This document shows positions 1-12,651 of a stretch of 64,000 bases of DNA, one piece after another (positions within the stretch are counted from its first letter, which is position 1; every line of letters starts with the position of its first letter). Where the stretch lies: the NCBI RefSeq assembly GCF_006345805.1, contig NC_043021.1, positions 19,716,001 through 19,780,000 on the forward strand. Direction: 5' to 3'. The DNA is from Octopus sinensis. Its lineage: Eukaryota. The position numbers and the translations under genes were made by a program. A model generated the notes under the pieces. The model did not search any database, had not been told where the DNA came from, and was given only the letters and a program-made list of their open reading frames with translations.

Positions 1-257
1 ACTCTAGTTTTGGATCACCCAAAGCCTTGCGAGTGAATTTGGCAGATGGAAACCAAGAGGAGCCTGTCGTGTGTGTGTGTATACACACAGAGAACATTTT
101 ATGTACAAACACGTCAGAGGCTGCTTAGCTTCATGGTACAGAGCACTCAGCTGGTATCTACCAGACACAGGGTTCAATTCCCCAGTCGCCTGCAGGCAAC
201 TCTTTTTCATTTTCTAAGGCTAAAATACCCACTCTTTCTTAGCTGTTTTCACACCCT

Positions 258-291
<34 letters not shown>

Positions 292-296
<5 letters not shown>

Positions 297-492
297 CTTT
301 ACTACCCACAAGGGGCTAAACACAGAGGGGACAAACAAGGACAGAAAAGGGGATTATGTCAATTACATCGACCCCAGTGCATAACTGGTACTTAATTTAT
401 CAACCCCGAAAAGAATGAAAGGCAAAGTCGACCTTGGCGGAATTTGAACTCGGAACGTAACAACAGACAAAATACGGCTACGCATTTCGCCT
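292..492 (-). mobile_element. SINE family B copy (5'-truncated)
   Basis: Reverse complement of the family with gagttcaaattcc (B-box-like), ctttcatcctttcggggtcgataaattaagtacc and the tail tttagccccttgtggg..taaagaaata. Other copies at about 11637-11845, 24779-25175, 34940-35165, 40331-40505, 42455-42600, 48762-48980, 52860-53080 and 57666-57792. Confidence 0.85.
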
Positions 493-1003
493 TTAATATA
501 TATATAAAGGTAAAGACCCCCTTCGCTCATAAATGACCGTGAGATTGCAGCTAGAAGTACCCCTCCAAGGCACAAGACCAAGCAAGGTTGTTTATGGAAG
601 ACCAGCAGTCGGCTATGCTCTCTCCACGCCACCAATGTTATCAAAGAGAAAGGCAAAGGCCGACACAGCTTGGCAGCAACATATTTCTACAGCTGAGTGA
701 ACTGAAGCAACGTGAAATAAAGTGTCTTGCTCAAGAACACGACACAGCCTGATCCAGGCATCGAACTCACCACCTCGTGATTGTGAGCCCGATGTACTAA
801 CCACTGAGTCATGCAACTTCATATAGATACATATATAAATGTAAGTACATACACAACACACACACACACACGTGTGTGTTTGTGTGTGGGTGTGTTCATC
901 TGGAGGTCACATGATTGTTGCAAATGAATGCCGTTCATTTCAAAACTTCCTCGGGACCATGTCTGGCCATGGGGGAATCTTATCTTGTTTGGATACAAGC
1001 ATA

Positions 1004-1532
1004 GGCGCAGGAGTGGCTGTGTGGTAAGTAGCTTGCTAACCAACCACATGGTTCTGGGTTCGTTCCCACTGCGTGGCACCTTGGGTAAGTGTCTTCTACT
1101 ATAGCCTCGGGCCAACCAAAGCCTTGTGAGTGGATTTGGTAGACGGAAACTGAAAGAAGCCCGTCGTATATATGTATATATACATATGTATGTGCGTGTT
1201 TGTGTGTCTGTGTTTGTCCCCCCAACATCGCTTGACAACCGATGCTGTTGTGTTTACGTCCCCGTTACTTAGCAGTTTGGCAAAAGAGACCGATAGAATA
1301 AGTACTAGGCTTACAAAGAATAAGCCCTGTCGTATATATGTGTATGTGTGTCTGTGTTTGTCCCCCTAGCATTGCTTGACAACCGATGCTGGTGTGTTTA
1401 CGTCCCCGTCACTTAGCAGTTCGGCAAAAGAGGCCGATAGAATAAGTCCTGGGGTCAATTTGCTCGACTAAAATGGGGTGCTCCAGCATGGCCACAGTCA
1501 AATGACTGAAACAAGTAAAAGAGTAAAGAGTA
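1004..1532 (+). mobile_element. SINE family A (tRNA-derived head, CORE-like ccttgggcaagt segment, internal TA/TG microsatellite, gtaaaaga tail)
   Basis: ~400 bp consensus ggcgcaggagtggctgtgtggtaag...ggttcagtccc...tgactgaaacaagtaaaagag recurs more than 25 times in both orientations (e.g. 1958-2333-, 8724-9085+, 12420-12866+, 13450-13795-, 14665-15043+, 23855-24260-, 30577-31372+, 35650-36063+, 41860-42270-, 42690-43948+, 49370-49820+, 52285-52675+, 62729-63028+). Confidence 0.9.
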
Positions 1533-1700
1533 AGGCTCAGGGACATGAAGGGCATCCTACCGTTGAAAATCTGCTTCTCTCCAACCCATGCCAGCATCAA
1601 AAAGTGGATCTGTTGATGATGATTCAACATTCAGTAACCGCTTGAAGTGTCTTGATGGTGTATTATAGCAAAGATGGGAGTCGGAAAGGAAATTGAACCT

Positions 1701-1930
1701 TTAACCCTCCAACATTCAGATTTCTTTGTCAAATGTAACGCAAATTTATTCACATTGTTTTGAATCAATCATGCATTATCTCGTGGCTTTGAGGTTTCAA
1801 TGTTATTTTCAATGTTTATATTTAAAATGACATTGTAGGGTAGGTGTGAGAGGCCAGATGTGGCTTAACTTGAAGCTAAAAAAGAATATTTTGACTGGAC
1901 ATGGCTAGTTTAAATGCCAAAGGGCCTAAA
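1701..1930. mobile_element. degenerate TTAA (piggyBac-type) MITE
   Basis: ttaaccct... start and ...aaatgccaaaggg end; internal sequence matches the intact copies at 5556-5784 and 38842-39070. Confidence 0.65.
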
Positions 1931-2714
1931 TTCAAACAGCAGGTCAGTCTCACAGATACTTGCTTCAGTCATTTGACTGCGGCCATGCTGGAGCACCACC
2001 TTTAGTCGAGCAAATCAACCCCAGGACTTATTCTTTGTAAGCCCAGTATTTATTCTATCGGTCTCTTTTGCCAAACCGCTAAGTGACGGGGACGTAAACA
2101 CACCAGCATCAGTTGTCAATCAATGCTAGAGAAACAAACAGACACACATACATATATATATACATATATACGACAGGCTTCTTTCAGTTTCCCTATACCA
2201 AATCCACTCACAAGGCATTGGTCGGCCCGGGGCTATAGCAGAAGACACTTGCCCAAGATGCCACGAAGTGGGACTGAACCCGGAACCATGTGGTTGGTTA
2301 GCAAGATACTTACCACACAGCCACTCCTGCGCCTATGATATTCAAGAAAAATAAAAATTTCTATCCCACGCATTTTCTTGACATATTTTATGGTAATTTT
2401 GAGCCATCCTAAAATTTTGAAGTATCCATGAAATGTTTTGGTAAAGATTTGGCTGCTACTTCTGACATTTAGTTACCATAAAAGTAGTCTTTCTTGTTGA
2501 CTTGTACATATATAAGATAGTAAGGGTGTGATTTGAGGGAGATTTGGCTGTTATTTCTACACAACTGAGATAGCAGGTAGAGGCTCCCACATTGGCTCCT
2601 ATAAACAATACACAAACATGATAAAGTAGGATGTGATTTTCAGGAAATCTAACTAATCTTTCTACCAGGTCTAGCAACCACATGGATGTCTCCTTCGTTA
2701 GCTCATAGATACAT

Positions 2715-3050
2715 TATCGTTTAGCGTCCGCTTTCCATGCTAGCATGGGTTAGACGGTACAACTGGGGTCTGGGAAGCCCGAAGGCTGCACCAGGCTCCA
2801 GTCTGATCTGGCAGTGTTTCTACAGCTGGATGCCCTTCCTAACACCAACCACTCCGTGAGTGTAGTGGGTGCTTTTTATGTGCCACCGACACAGGTGCCA
2901 GACGAGGCTGGCGAACGGCCACACTCGGATGGTGCTTTTTACGTGTCACCGGCACGGAGGCCAGGCGAGGCTGGCAACGGCCACGATCGGATGGTGTTTG
3001 TTACGTGCCACCAGCACAGAGGTCAGTCGATGCGGTGCTGGCTACGGCTA
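2715..3050 (-). mobile_element. RTE LINE 3' UTR fragment
   Basis: Reverse complement of the sequence following the RTE ORF stop at about 30083 (ttggcattaggaagggcatccagctgtagaaac...aaacgatgat). Other copies at about 5165-5380+, 47909-48330-, 53160-53640-, 55653-56160-, 60596-60842- and 61909-62415-. Confidence 0.8.
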
Positions 3051-3221
3051 TAACATATATACTTAAGGTAGCAGGTTATGGTTCGAGATTTTGCACCATT
3101 ATTGCTCCTAATAGGGCCAGCTGATGATAAATAGGTTTCCCTTTGGCTGATACACACACACACGTAAAATGATGATAATGATGATGGCAATTCTTATAGC
3201 ATCAGCTATATGTGTGTGTGA

Positions 3222-3535
3222 AGGTGCATGGCTCAGTGGTTAGAGCGTCAAGCTTACAATCATGAGGTTGTGAGTTCGAATCCCGGACCAGACTGTATGT
3301 TGCGTTCTTGAGCAACACAGTTCAATCAGCTGTAGAAATGAATGCGACATCACTGGTGCCAAGCTGTATCCGCTTTTGCCTTTCCCTTGGATAACACCAG
3401 TGGTGTGGAGAGGGGAGGCCGGTATGCATGGGCGACTACTGGTCTTCCATAAAAAAAACCTTGCCCGGACTTGTGCCTCGGAGGGTAACTTTCTAGGTGC
3501 AATCCCATGGTCAGTCATGACCGAAGGGGGTCTCA
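3222..3535 (+). mobile_element. SINE family C (tRNA-derived)
   Basis: A box TGGCTCAGTGG and B box GTTCGAATCC followed by a conserved body. Copies at 510-820-, 4862-5152+, 6166-6437+ and 56480-56775-. Confidence 0.85.
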
Positions 3536-3557
3536 GCATATATATATATATATATAT

Positions 3558-4508
3558 ATAAAAGTAAATAAATGGTACAACGAAGCACCAATATCTACTG
3601 GAAAATAGCGAACGCAATAAATACGACGCTAATGTATAGCTTCACTGTATATGTACTAGTAAAGATGCGTGTGTGCAACAAACATGAAAAAATTTGTCTT
3701 ACCTCTAGGAAAAACATCTGAAAAATGAAAAACCTAGATAATGGATAATGCAGTACCGGTTTCAGATTCTTCAAAATACGCTTGCCAAACATATACTTGA
3801 TTTATCCTCATCAGCTGCATAAACCTCGAAAATATTTGAAAAGTTGCCACATCTATGCAAGTACACTCGTCTGAACACCAAAACGTTAACAGAACGAGAA
3901 CAGTGAAGAAGTTTCAATGAAAATAGTAGTGCAATACGAGAGTATTGCTTTGCAGTAAAGGATAGCCCGTGAGGGTAAAATTATACATAAAAGTAAATAA
4001 ATGGTACAACGAAGCACCGATATTTACTGGAAAATAGCGAACGTAATAAATACAACGCTAATGTATAGCTTCACTGCGTATGTACTAGTAAAGACTGTTC
4101 TCGTTGTTAATGTTGTGGCGTTCAGACGAGTGTACTTGCATAGATGTGGCAACTTTTGAAATATTGTCGAGGTTTATGCAGCTGATGAGGATAAATCAAA
4201 TATACGTTTGGCAAGCGTATTTTGAAAAATCCAAAACTGGTACTGCATTATCCGTTTCTAGGTTTTTCATTTTTCAGATGTTCTTCCTAGGGGTAAGACA
4301 ATTTTTTTCATGTTTGTTGCACACACGCATCTTTACTAGTACATATGCAGTGAAGCTATACATTAGCGTCGTATTTATTACGTTCGCTACTTTCCAGTAA
4401 ATATCGGTACTTCATTGTACCATTTATTTACTTTTATGTAAAATTTTACCCTCACGGGCTATCCTTTACTGGAAAGCAATACTCTCGTATTGCATTACTA
4501 TTTTCATT
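3558..4508. repeat. ~430 bp unit: tandem 1.25 copies followed by an inverted copy (fold-back)
   Basis: aaagtaaataaatggtacaacgaagcacc at 3561 and 3990. 4095-4508 is the reverse complement of the unit (actgttctcg versus cgagaacagt at 3895-3904). Confidence 0.9.
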
Positions 4509-4829
4509 TATTTATATATATATATACAGAGAGGGGGGGAGATGATACTATAAGAATTTTATAAACTTAAGAGAATGTGAAATAATCCTCATTTGGGATT
4601 GTGAATCTTGAAGCAGATAAAGCTGTAAATATTAGTGTGTACACACACAAACAAGCATAGGTATAGGTTGGCTGTGCAGTAAAAAGCTTGCTTCCCAACC
4701 ACATACTTCCAGGTTCATTTGAAAGCTAATTTCAAATGAAATAAATAAATATAAAGAACATGGCCGCAGTCAAATGACTGAAACAAGTAAAAGAGTAAAA
4801 AGAGTAAAGATATATATATATATATATAT

Positions 4830-4860
<31 letters not shown>

Positions 4861-5555
4861 AAGATACATGGCTCAGTGCTTAGAGTATCAGGCTTACAAT
4901 CGTGAAGTTCTAAGTTCAATTCCCCGGCCAGGCTGTGTGTTGTGTTCAAATTACTCCAGTTCACTCAGCTGCAGAAATGAGCTGCAACATCACTGGTGCC
5001 GAGCTGTATTAGCCTTTCCCCTTTGACATAATTACTGGTATGAAGCGGGGGGAGGGGGGCTGGTATGAATGGGTGACTGATGGACTTGTGCCTCGGAGGG
5101 GAACTTTCTAGGTGCAATTCCATGGTCATTCGTGATTAAAGGAGATCTCTTTAATACAGACATACGTGCTTGAGAAGACCCACCAAGCCAAATAAAACCG
5201 CGGTCATGACAGATACCAGTGTCACGCAAATAGCACCTGTTCCGGTGGCACATCAAAGCACCCATTACACTCTGGGAGTGGTTGGCATTAGGAAGGGCAT
5301 TAAGCTATAGAAGCCATGCTAAAACAGACTGGAGTCTGGTGCAGCCAGCATGGACAACAGACATTAAATGATGATGATACATACATATATATGAACGTGC
5401 GCACTTCTGTTACTGTCTCATTGCCTTAACATTGCATAATAGTTTTAAATGAACATTAGTCATGATGAGGGTTGGCAACAGGAAGGGCATCCAGCTGTAG
5501 AAAATCCAAATCAATAAAATTCTGTCTAACCCATGTGAGCTTGGGAAAATGGACA

Positions 5556-5784
5556 TTAACCCTTTAGTGTTCGCATTATTCTACCAAAATTAATGCTTTT
5601 TCATCCACATTGCCTTGAATTAACCAGGCATTATCTTGTAGCGATGAGATTTTGATGAGGTAGCAGTTAATTTTTAAAACAATATTGTAGGGTTGGTGTG
5701 AGAGACCAGATCTGGCCAGTTTAAACATAAAACAGGCAGAATACTTTTGGCCGGATATGGGCAGTTTAAATGCTAAAGGGTTAA
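5556..5784. mobile_element. piggyBac-type MITE, 221 bp with TTAA target duplication
   Basis: TTAA|CCCTTTAG...CTAAAGGG|TTAA. It splits an RTE tail (ggacattaa...ttaaaccaatgatgatg). Confidence 0.85.
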
Positions 5785-5809
5785 ACCAATGATGATGATG
5801 ATGATGAGA

Positions 5810-7210
5810 AATAGTTTGGTTTAAGAACAGGAAGTACTAATGATGCCACCTTCCTAGTAAGACAACTGCAAAAGAAATACTCAGCTAGGAGTAAGATGCT
5901 GCACTAGGGTCCCTCACTCTAATCCGGTGAGCAAAGGATGGTTTGTGAAGCCATGCGTGTCATGTAGTCAGTAAGGTGGGAGTTAGCCAAAAGTACTGCG
6001 ATGAGTTTAGTATGCAGGCAGAGTCTACCAGAGCTCAGTTACCTTCTCTACATCATACTGTTATAGACCCTAATAAAAGAGTCCAAGACCAGATGTGTCG
6101 TCGTCATAGCTGAAACTGTAGAATTAGAAAATAAATTCCAGGTGCAGAAGCAAAACTTGGAATCAAAGAGCATCAAGCTTACAATCATGAGGTTGTGAGT
6201 TTGAATCCCAGACCAGACTGCATGTTGTGTTCTTGAGCAAGACACTTTATTTCACGTTGCTCCAGTACACTCAGCAGTAGAAATGAGTTGCGACATCACT
6301 GGTGCCAAGCTGTATCCGCTTTTGTCTTTCCCTTAGATAACACCAGTGGCCTGGAGAAGGGAGGCCGGTATGCATGGGCGACTGCTGGTCTTCCATAAAC
6401 AACCTTGCCCGGACTTGTGCCTCGGAGGGTAACTTTCTGCAATGAGTTTAGTATGCAAAACTTGGAATCAAAGGGCCTCCAAGTTAACTTAGCAAAAACC
6501 CAAGTCATTAGTAAAGAAAATGTCTTTGTTCAATACACGGAGAACTGTGTAAGACTTCCATATAAGGTCCCCAATGCACACTATGGACCCACGAGAGGTG
6601 CAGTGGAATTTGGGGCAGATTCACAGAAAAAGTAGGCTCTGCATGTGACAGACATACAAGAGCAAAACAGAGAGAGCATACAGGAAATAGGTTTCCTTAA
6701 GTGGCCAGGAGAATTCCTAGAAATAGTAAGTAGCTTCTGTTACCTAGGCGACCTAATTAGCAGTGAAGTATAGAAGTATAGCAGCCAGAATTAAGAACAT
6801 GGAGGAAGTTCAGCAAAAGGTTTCTATCTCAGTGTGAAAGACAGACTGTAGGACACCTGTATATGAACTGCAATTCTACATAAGGTGACATGAACACGAA
6901 ATGCAGAAGATCTGTGAGAACTATAAGAGAAAAAATAATGAAGCGAGCATATTCCTTGGCTATAAAGTGTCGGTGTGAATGAATGACATAGTATAAATGT
7001 GTTGAGGGAAAAAGTTGGCACAAGAGGAGTAATAAGCAAGCAGAAGACTACATTGTGCAATGTGTATGGACGAAGACAGTTGCTTACAGTGGTTGGAACC
7101 ATGGTAAAAGAGAGACCCAGCAAAATAGGGAGCAAAGTGAAGATTGATCTCGGGACGTTGATTGAATCTCACAGAGGAGATGACAAAAGACTCGAGACGA
7201 TTGGTGACAA
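5810..7210 (+). mobile_element. decayed RTE-clade LINE reverse transcriptase remnants
   Basis: Fragments read GSTNDATFLVRQLQKKY, NLESKGLQVNLAKTQV and EIVSSFCYLGDLISS, with stops and frameshifts. Interrupted by a family C SINE at 6166-6437. Confidence 0.75.
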
Positions 7211-7509
7211 GAAATACTGGAGAACAATTGTCCATCTATGCAAGAAATATGGTGAAAACTGATGCTTAAAACGGCGGTAGAGGTGGAGGGTCGGAGCATG
7301 ATAGGTATCGACAAATGCTACCATGAAAATATAGACAAAATGAACCTTACATGTGCTTGCAATCTGTACATATGTAAGTACATACACATACCCAATGTGT
7401 ATATAAAGATTTTGTGTGTGTGTATATACACACACAAATAGAGTATATAAAGACGCGTGCATGTATGTGTGTATATACACACACACACGATAATATATAA
7501 AGGATATCT

Positions 7510-8374
7510 CTTTACTCTCTTTTACTCTTTTACTTGTTTCAGTCATTTGACTGCGGCCATGCTGGAGCACCGCCTTTAGTCGAGCAAATCAACCCCGGGA
7601 CTTATTCTATCGGCCTCTTTTGCCGAACTGCTAAGTGACGGGGACGTAAACACACCAGCATCGGTTGTCAAGCAATGCTAGGGGGACAAACACAGACACA
7701 CATATATACGACAGGCTTCTTTCAGTTTCCATCTACCAAATCCACTCACAAGGCATTGGTCAGCCCGGGGCTATAGCAGAAGACACTTGCCCAAAATGCC
7801 ATGCAGTGGGACTGAACCCGAAACCATGTGGTTGGTTAGCAAGCTACTTACCACACAGCCACTCCTGTGTGTGTGATATATGAAATTAAATAAATGACAA
7901 AAGAACAGGAAATTATGCAATTCTGAAGCATATGTATATGAAGTTCTAACACCAGGTTATTAGCATTGAAGCAAAACATTATCTTATATATATATATATA
8001 TAGGTGCAGGAGTGGCTGAGTGGTAAGTAGCTTGCTTACCAACCACATGGTTCCGGGTTCAGTCCCACTTTGTGGAACCTTGGGCAAGTGTCTTCTACTA
8101 TAGCTTCAGGCTGACCAAAGCCTTGTGAGTGGATTTGGTAAATGGAAACTGAAAGAAGCCCGTTGTGTATATGTGTATGTGTTTGTCCCCCCAACACCGC
8201 TTGACAACCGATGCTGGTGTGTTTATGTCCCCCATAACTTAGCAGTTTCGCAAAAAAGGCCGATAGAATAAGTACTAGGCTTACAAAGAATAAGTCCTGG
8301 GGTCGATTTGCTTGACTGCAGGCAGTGCTCCAGCATGGCCGCAGTCAAATGACTGAAACAAGTAAAAGAATAAA
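7510..8374. mobile_element. head-to-head pair of family A SINEs (7510-7866 -, 8002-8374 +)
   Basis: Two near-full-length copies in opposite orientation, separated by about 135 bp. Confidence 0.85.
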
Positions 8375-8407
<33 letters not shown>

Positions 8408-8449
8408 GTACATATGTATGCACATATAATCTACACATACTACCATGTA

Positions 8450-8489
<40 letters not shown>

Positions 8490-8648
8490 TTTTATTCTTA
8501 ATCCTTCACCACCCACACACCTGTTTTCTAAGCAAGGGAGCTCTAATTACTGCATCCTGGAATGCACCAAGCAAATCATCTATTTACGGATGTGACAACA
8601 CCACCACTCATAACATTTTTGTAGAGTGCACAATGTAAACACACACAC

Positions 8649-8714
<66 letters not shown>

Positions 8715-9204
8715 ATACATACATAGGTGCAGGATTCGCTGTGTGGTAAGTAGTTTGCTTACCAACCACTTGGTTCCGGGTTCAGTCCCACTGCGTGGCA
8801 CCTTGGGCAAGTGTCTTCTACTATAGCCTTGTGAGTGGATTTGGTAGACGGAAACTGAAAGAAGCCCATCGTATATATGTATATATATATGTGTGTGTGT
8901 GTGTGTTTGTCCCCCCAACCGATGCTGGTGTGTTTACGTCCCCATAACTTAGCGGTTCGGTAAAAGTGACCAATAGAATAAGTACTAGGCTTACAAAGAA
9001 TAAATCCTGGGGTCGATTTCCTCGACTAAAAGGCGGTGCTCCAGCATGGCCACAGTCAAATGACTGAAACAAGAGATAAAAGAGAAATAAACACACACAC
9101 AAGCTTCTTTCAGTTTCCATTTCTCCATTTGGTTCCGCTTATCGCAAACATCTGTCCAAGGTGGCATGCACTGGAATTGAACCCAAAACTCCCCAACCAC
9201 AGTC

Positions 9205-9262
<58 letters not shown>

Positions 9263-9267
9263 TACTT

Positions 9268-9450
9268 TCTGACCACCCTTCCCCAACCACTGCTATTCAG
9301 ATCTTCCCTGCACCACCCCTTCACCTTGAAGACAGATAAGAACTTGGCAACTGGCTGGTTAGACGCTCCGAACCACTCAGCCCTACACAACCAGGGCAGT
9401 TTTAAAAACCCTCACCAGTACTACAAAACCTGTCCCTACATTAACCGTTT
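9268..9450 (+). mobile_element. possible Penelope-like element RT/endonuclease linker remnant
   Basis: Frameshifted pieces IFPAPPL / KTDKNL / WLVRRS / GSF..KTCPYIN resemble the PLE motif F..PP...+R.KNL...LVRS...G..C..CKTCP.I. By eye only. Confidence 0.4.
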
Positions 9451-9473
9451 TTGTTACCCTATTTCTCTTGAAA

Positions 9474-10160
9474 TAGACGCATGGCTTAGTGGTTAGGCTA
9501 TTCAGCTCACCGTCGTAAGTTCGATCCCTGGCAGCAAGATGTGTCCTACACCAAGACATTTTATTTCATGTTGCTACCAGTTGACTCGTGGAGGCACGTG
9601 GCTTAGTGGTTAGGGTGTCAGCATCATGATCGTACGATCGTGGTTTCGATTCCTGGACCGGGCGACGTGTTGTTTCTTGAGCAAAACACTTCATTTCACA
9701 TTGCTCCAGTCCACTCAGCTGACAAAAATGAGTAACGCTGCGATGGACTGGCGTCCCGTCCACCTGGGGAACACATACGCCATAGAAACCGGGCCCATGA
9801 GCCTGGCTAGGCTTTAAAAGGGCTTAAGTAGAGGCATATGGCTTAGTGGTTAGGGTGTCAGAATCATGATCATAAGATTGTGGTTTTGATTCCTGGACCG
9901 GGCGACGCGTTGTGTTATTGAGCAAAACACTTCATTTCACGTTGCTCCAGTCCACTCAGCTGGCAAAAATGAGTAACGCTGCGATGGACTGGCGTCCTGT
10001 CCAGCTGGGAAACACATACGCCATTGAAATCGGGAAACCTGGCCCATGAGCCTGGCTAGGCTTTAAAAGGGCGCATTTATTTTTTCACCAGTTGACTCAG
10101 CTGGCAATATTGAGTTGGACCTGTAATTCGAAGGGGCCAGCTTTGTTACATTTAGTGTCA
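9474..10160 (+). mobile_element. tandem cluster of family C-related SINE heads
   Basis: The tRNA-like head ggcttagtggttagg is repeated at about 9483, 9600 and 9840, with near-identical bodies in the last two. Confidence 0.8.
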
Positions 10161-10560
10161 GCTGAATCTCTGAGAACTACATTTACCCAATTCAACCCAG
10201 GTTAACCCGAGTCAAAATTTTGAAGATAGTTACATAGATAGGGATAACAAACATACGGAAGCATCCAGTTAACCTTTATTGCAGTAAATAAACCAAATAC
10301 AACTGTCCTCAAACAAAGACTATGGGTTAAGGGTACACATGTAATATGGGTTAAGGGTCACATTTAGCATCGACTGAATCTGAGAACTACATTTACCCAT
10401 TTTAACCCAGGTTAACCCGCATCAAAATTTTAAAGATAGTTACATAAATAGGGATAACAAACATACGGAAGCATCCAGTTAACCTTTATTGCAGTAAATA
10501 AACCAAATACAACTGTCCTCAAACGAGGACTGTGGGTTAATATGGGTTAAGGGTACACAT
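10160..10560. repeat. ~210 bp direct duplication containing a TTAA-ended insert
   Basis: tgagaactacatttaccca...caactgtcctcaaac...tatgggttaagggt occurs twice (from 10170 and 10381). Confidence 0.85.
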
Positions 10561-11036
10561 GTCTGTGGAGTGCTCAGCCACTTATATCACTTACATATTA
10601 CTTTCACAGGCTGTTCTGTTGACAGGACTGACAAGAGCACTCATCATTGTGACTGATGGAGACCCGTTCCCTTGAACTACACTGTGTTTGTTCCAATTAA
10701 TTTTTGAAAGTAAGGAATTATCTAGTAAAATATTTTTATCGCAGGAGTGGCTGTGTGGTAAGTAGCTTGCTAACCAACCACATGGTTCCGGGTTCAGTCC
10801 CACTGTGTGGCACCTTGGGCAAGTGCCTTCTACTATAGCCTCTGGCCAACCAAAGCCTTGAGTGGATTCGGTAGACAGAAACTGAAAGAAGCCCGTCATA
10901 TATATATAACGGGAAGGTTTATGTAAATAAACAAAAGATGAAGGCAGGTTTACGAAAATAAACAAAAGACGAAGGCAGGTGGAATACAAACAAACAATTG
11001 TATTAGTATGGCGCTCAGGAATAGAAATAAAACAAG

Positions 11037-11074
11037 TCTTTTACGTTTCGAGCCTACGCTCTTCAACAGAAAGA
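11037..11074 (-). ncRNA. hammerhead-like motif with variant core (CUGUUGA)
   Basis: Minus strand UCUUU-CUGUUGA-A-GAGC[GUAG]GCUC-GAAA-CG-UA-AAAGA. Stems I and II are perfect, but core A6 is U. It lies in a ~230 bp insert (10908-11140) inside a family A SINE. Confidence 0.45.
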
Positions 11075-11140
11075 TACACAGAAAAAAAAAACAAGGAGAG
11101 AAAAAAATTGCGTGTAGGGGCTAACGATCCAACATGGCGT

Positions 11141-11222
<82 letters not shown>

Positions 11223-12591
11223 GACAGAGAGATAGATATGTATGTATTTGTGTCTGTTTGTCCCCCCCAACATTGCTTGACAACCGATGTTGGTGTGTTT
11301 ACATCCCCATAACTTAGCAGGTCGGCAAAACAGGCCGATAGAATAAATACTAGGCTTACAAAGAATGAGTACTGGGATCAATTTGTTCGACTAAAGGCAG
11401 TGCTCCAGCATGGCCGCAGACAAAATGGTTGAAACAAGTAAAAGAATGACAAGACCAAAGGCATTCTCGAGCAGGCTGAACAGCAGCATCTGCAAACTTT
11501 GCAGTGCACTTTTACACATGTGCGTAGGTGTGGCTGTGTGGTAAGTAGCTTGCTTATGAACCACATGGTTCCGGGTTCAGTCCCACTGCGTGGCACCTTG
11601 GGCAAGTGTCTTCTACTATAGCTTCAGGCCAACCATACAGGCAGAAACGTTAGCACGCCGGGTGAAATGCGTAGCCGTATTTCGTCTGTCGTTACGTTCC
11701 GAGTTCAAATTCCGCCAAGGTCGACTTTGCCTTTCATCCTTTCGGGGTCGATAAATTAAGTACCAGTTACGCACTGGGGTCAATTACATTGACTCAATCC
11801 CTTTGTCCCCTCTGTGTTTAGCCCCTTGTGAGTAGTAAAGAAATACATATATATATATGTATGTATGTGTGTGTGTGAGCATGTTTGTCCTCCCAACATC
11901 GCTTGACAACTGATGCTGGTGTGTTTACGTCCCCGTCACTTAACGGTTCGGCAAAAGAGACCGATAGAATAAGTACTAGGCTTACAAAGAATAAGTCCTG
12001 GGGTTGATTTGCTCGACTAAAGGTAGTGCTCCAGCATGGCCACAGTCAAATGACTGAAACAAGTAAAAGAGAGAGGAAAACAGGCCATCACATCACTACT
12101 GGTTTTATCTGCATCTTTTACTTGTTTCAGTCATTAGACTGTGGCCATGCTGAGGCAGCACCTTGAAAGGCTTTTAGTCGAATGAATCAACCCCAGCACT
12201 TGTTTTTATGTCAAACCAGGTAGTTATTTTATATATTTTGCTGAACCGGTAAGTTTCAGGAATGTAAACAAACCAACACCAGTTGTCAGGCAGGGGTGTG
12301 GCACAAACCTATATACATAGGCACACACACATATAGGTACATATATGACAAGCTTCAGTCTACCAAATCCACTCAAAGCTTCGGCCAGCTTGAGGCTATA
12401 TTAGAAAACATTGGATAATAGGCGCAGGAGTGGCTGTGTGGTAAGTAGCTTGCTAACCAACCACATGGTTCCGGGTTCAGTCCCACTGCGTGGCATCTTG
12501 GGCAAGTGTCTTCTGCTATAGCCCCGAGCCGACCAATGCCTTGTGAGTGGATTTGGTAGACGGAAACTGAAAGAAGCCCGTCGTATATATG

Positions 12592-12651
<60 letters not shown>

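Noticed and set aside
819-1369. Recurrent peptides such as RRHLPKVPRSGTEPGTMWLVSKLLTTQP and YDGLLSVSVYQIHSQG across many ORFs
   Set aside because: Reading frames through non-coding family A SINE copies, not a gene family.
10238-10250. TAGGGATAACA, start of the I-SceI site (also at ~10449)
   Set aside because: Only 11 of 18 bp match, within a duplicated repeat; chance.
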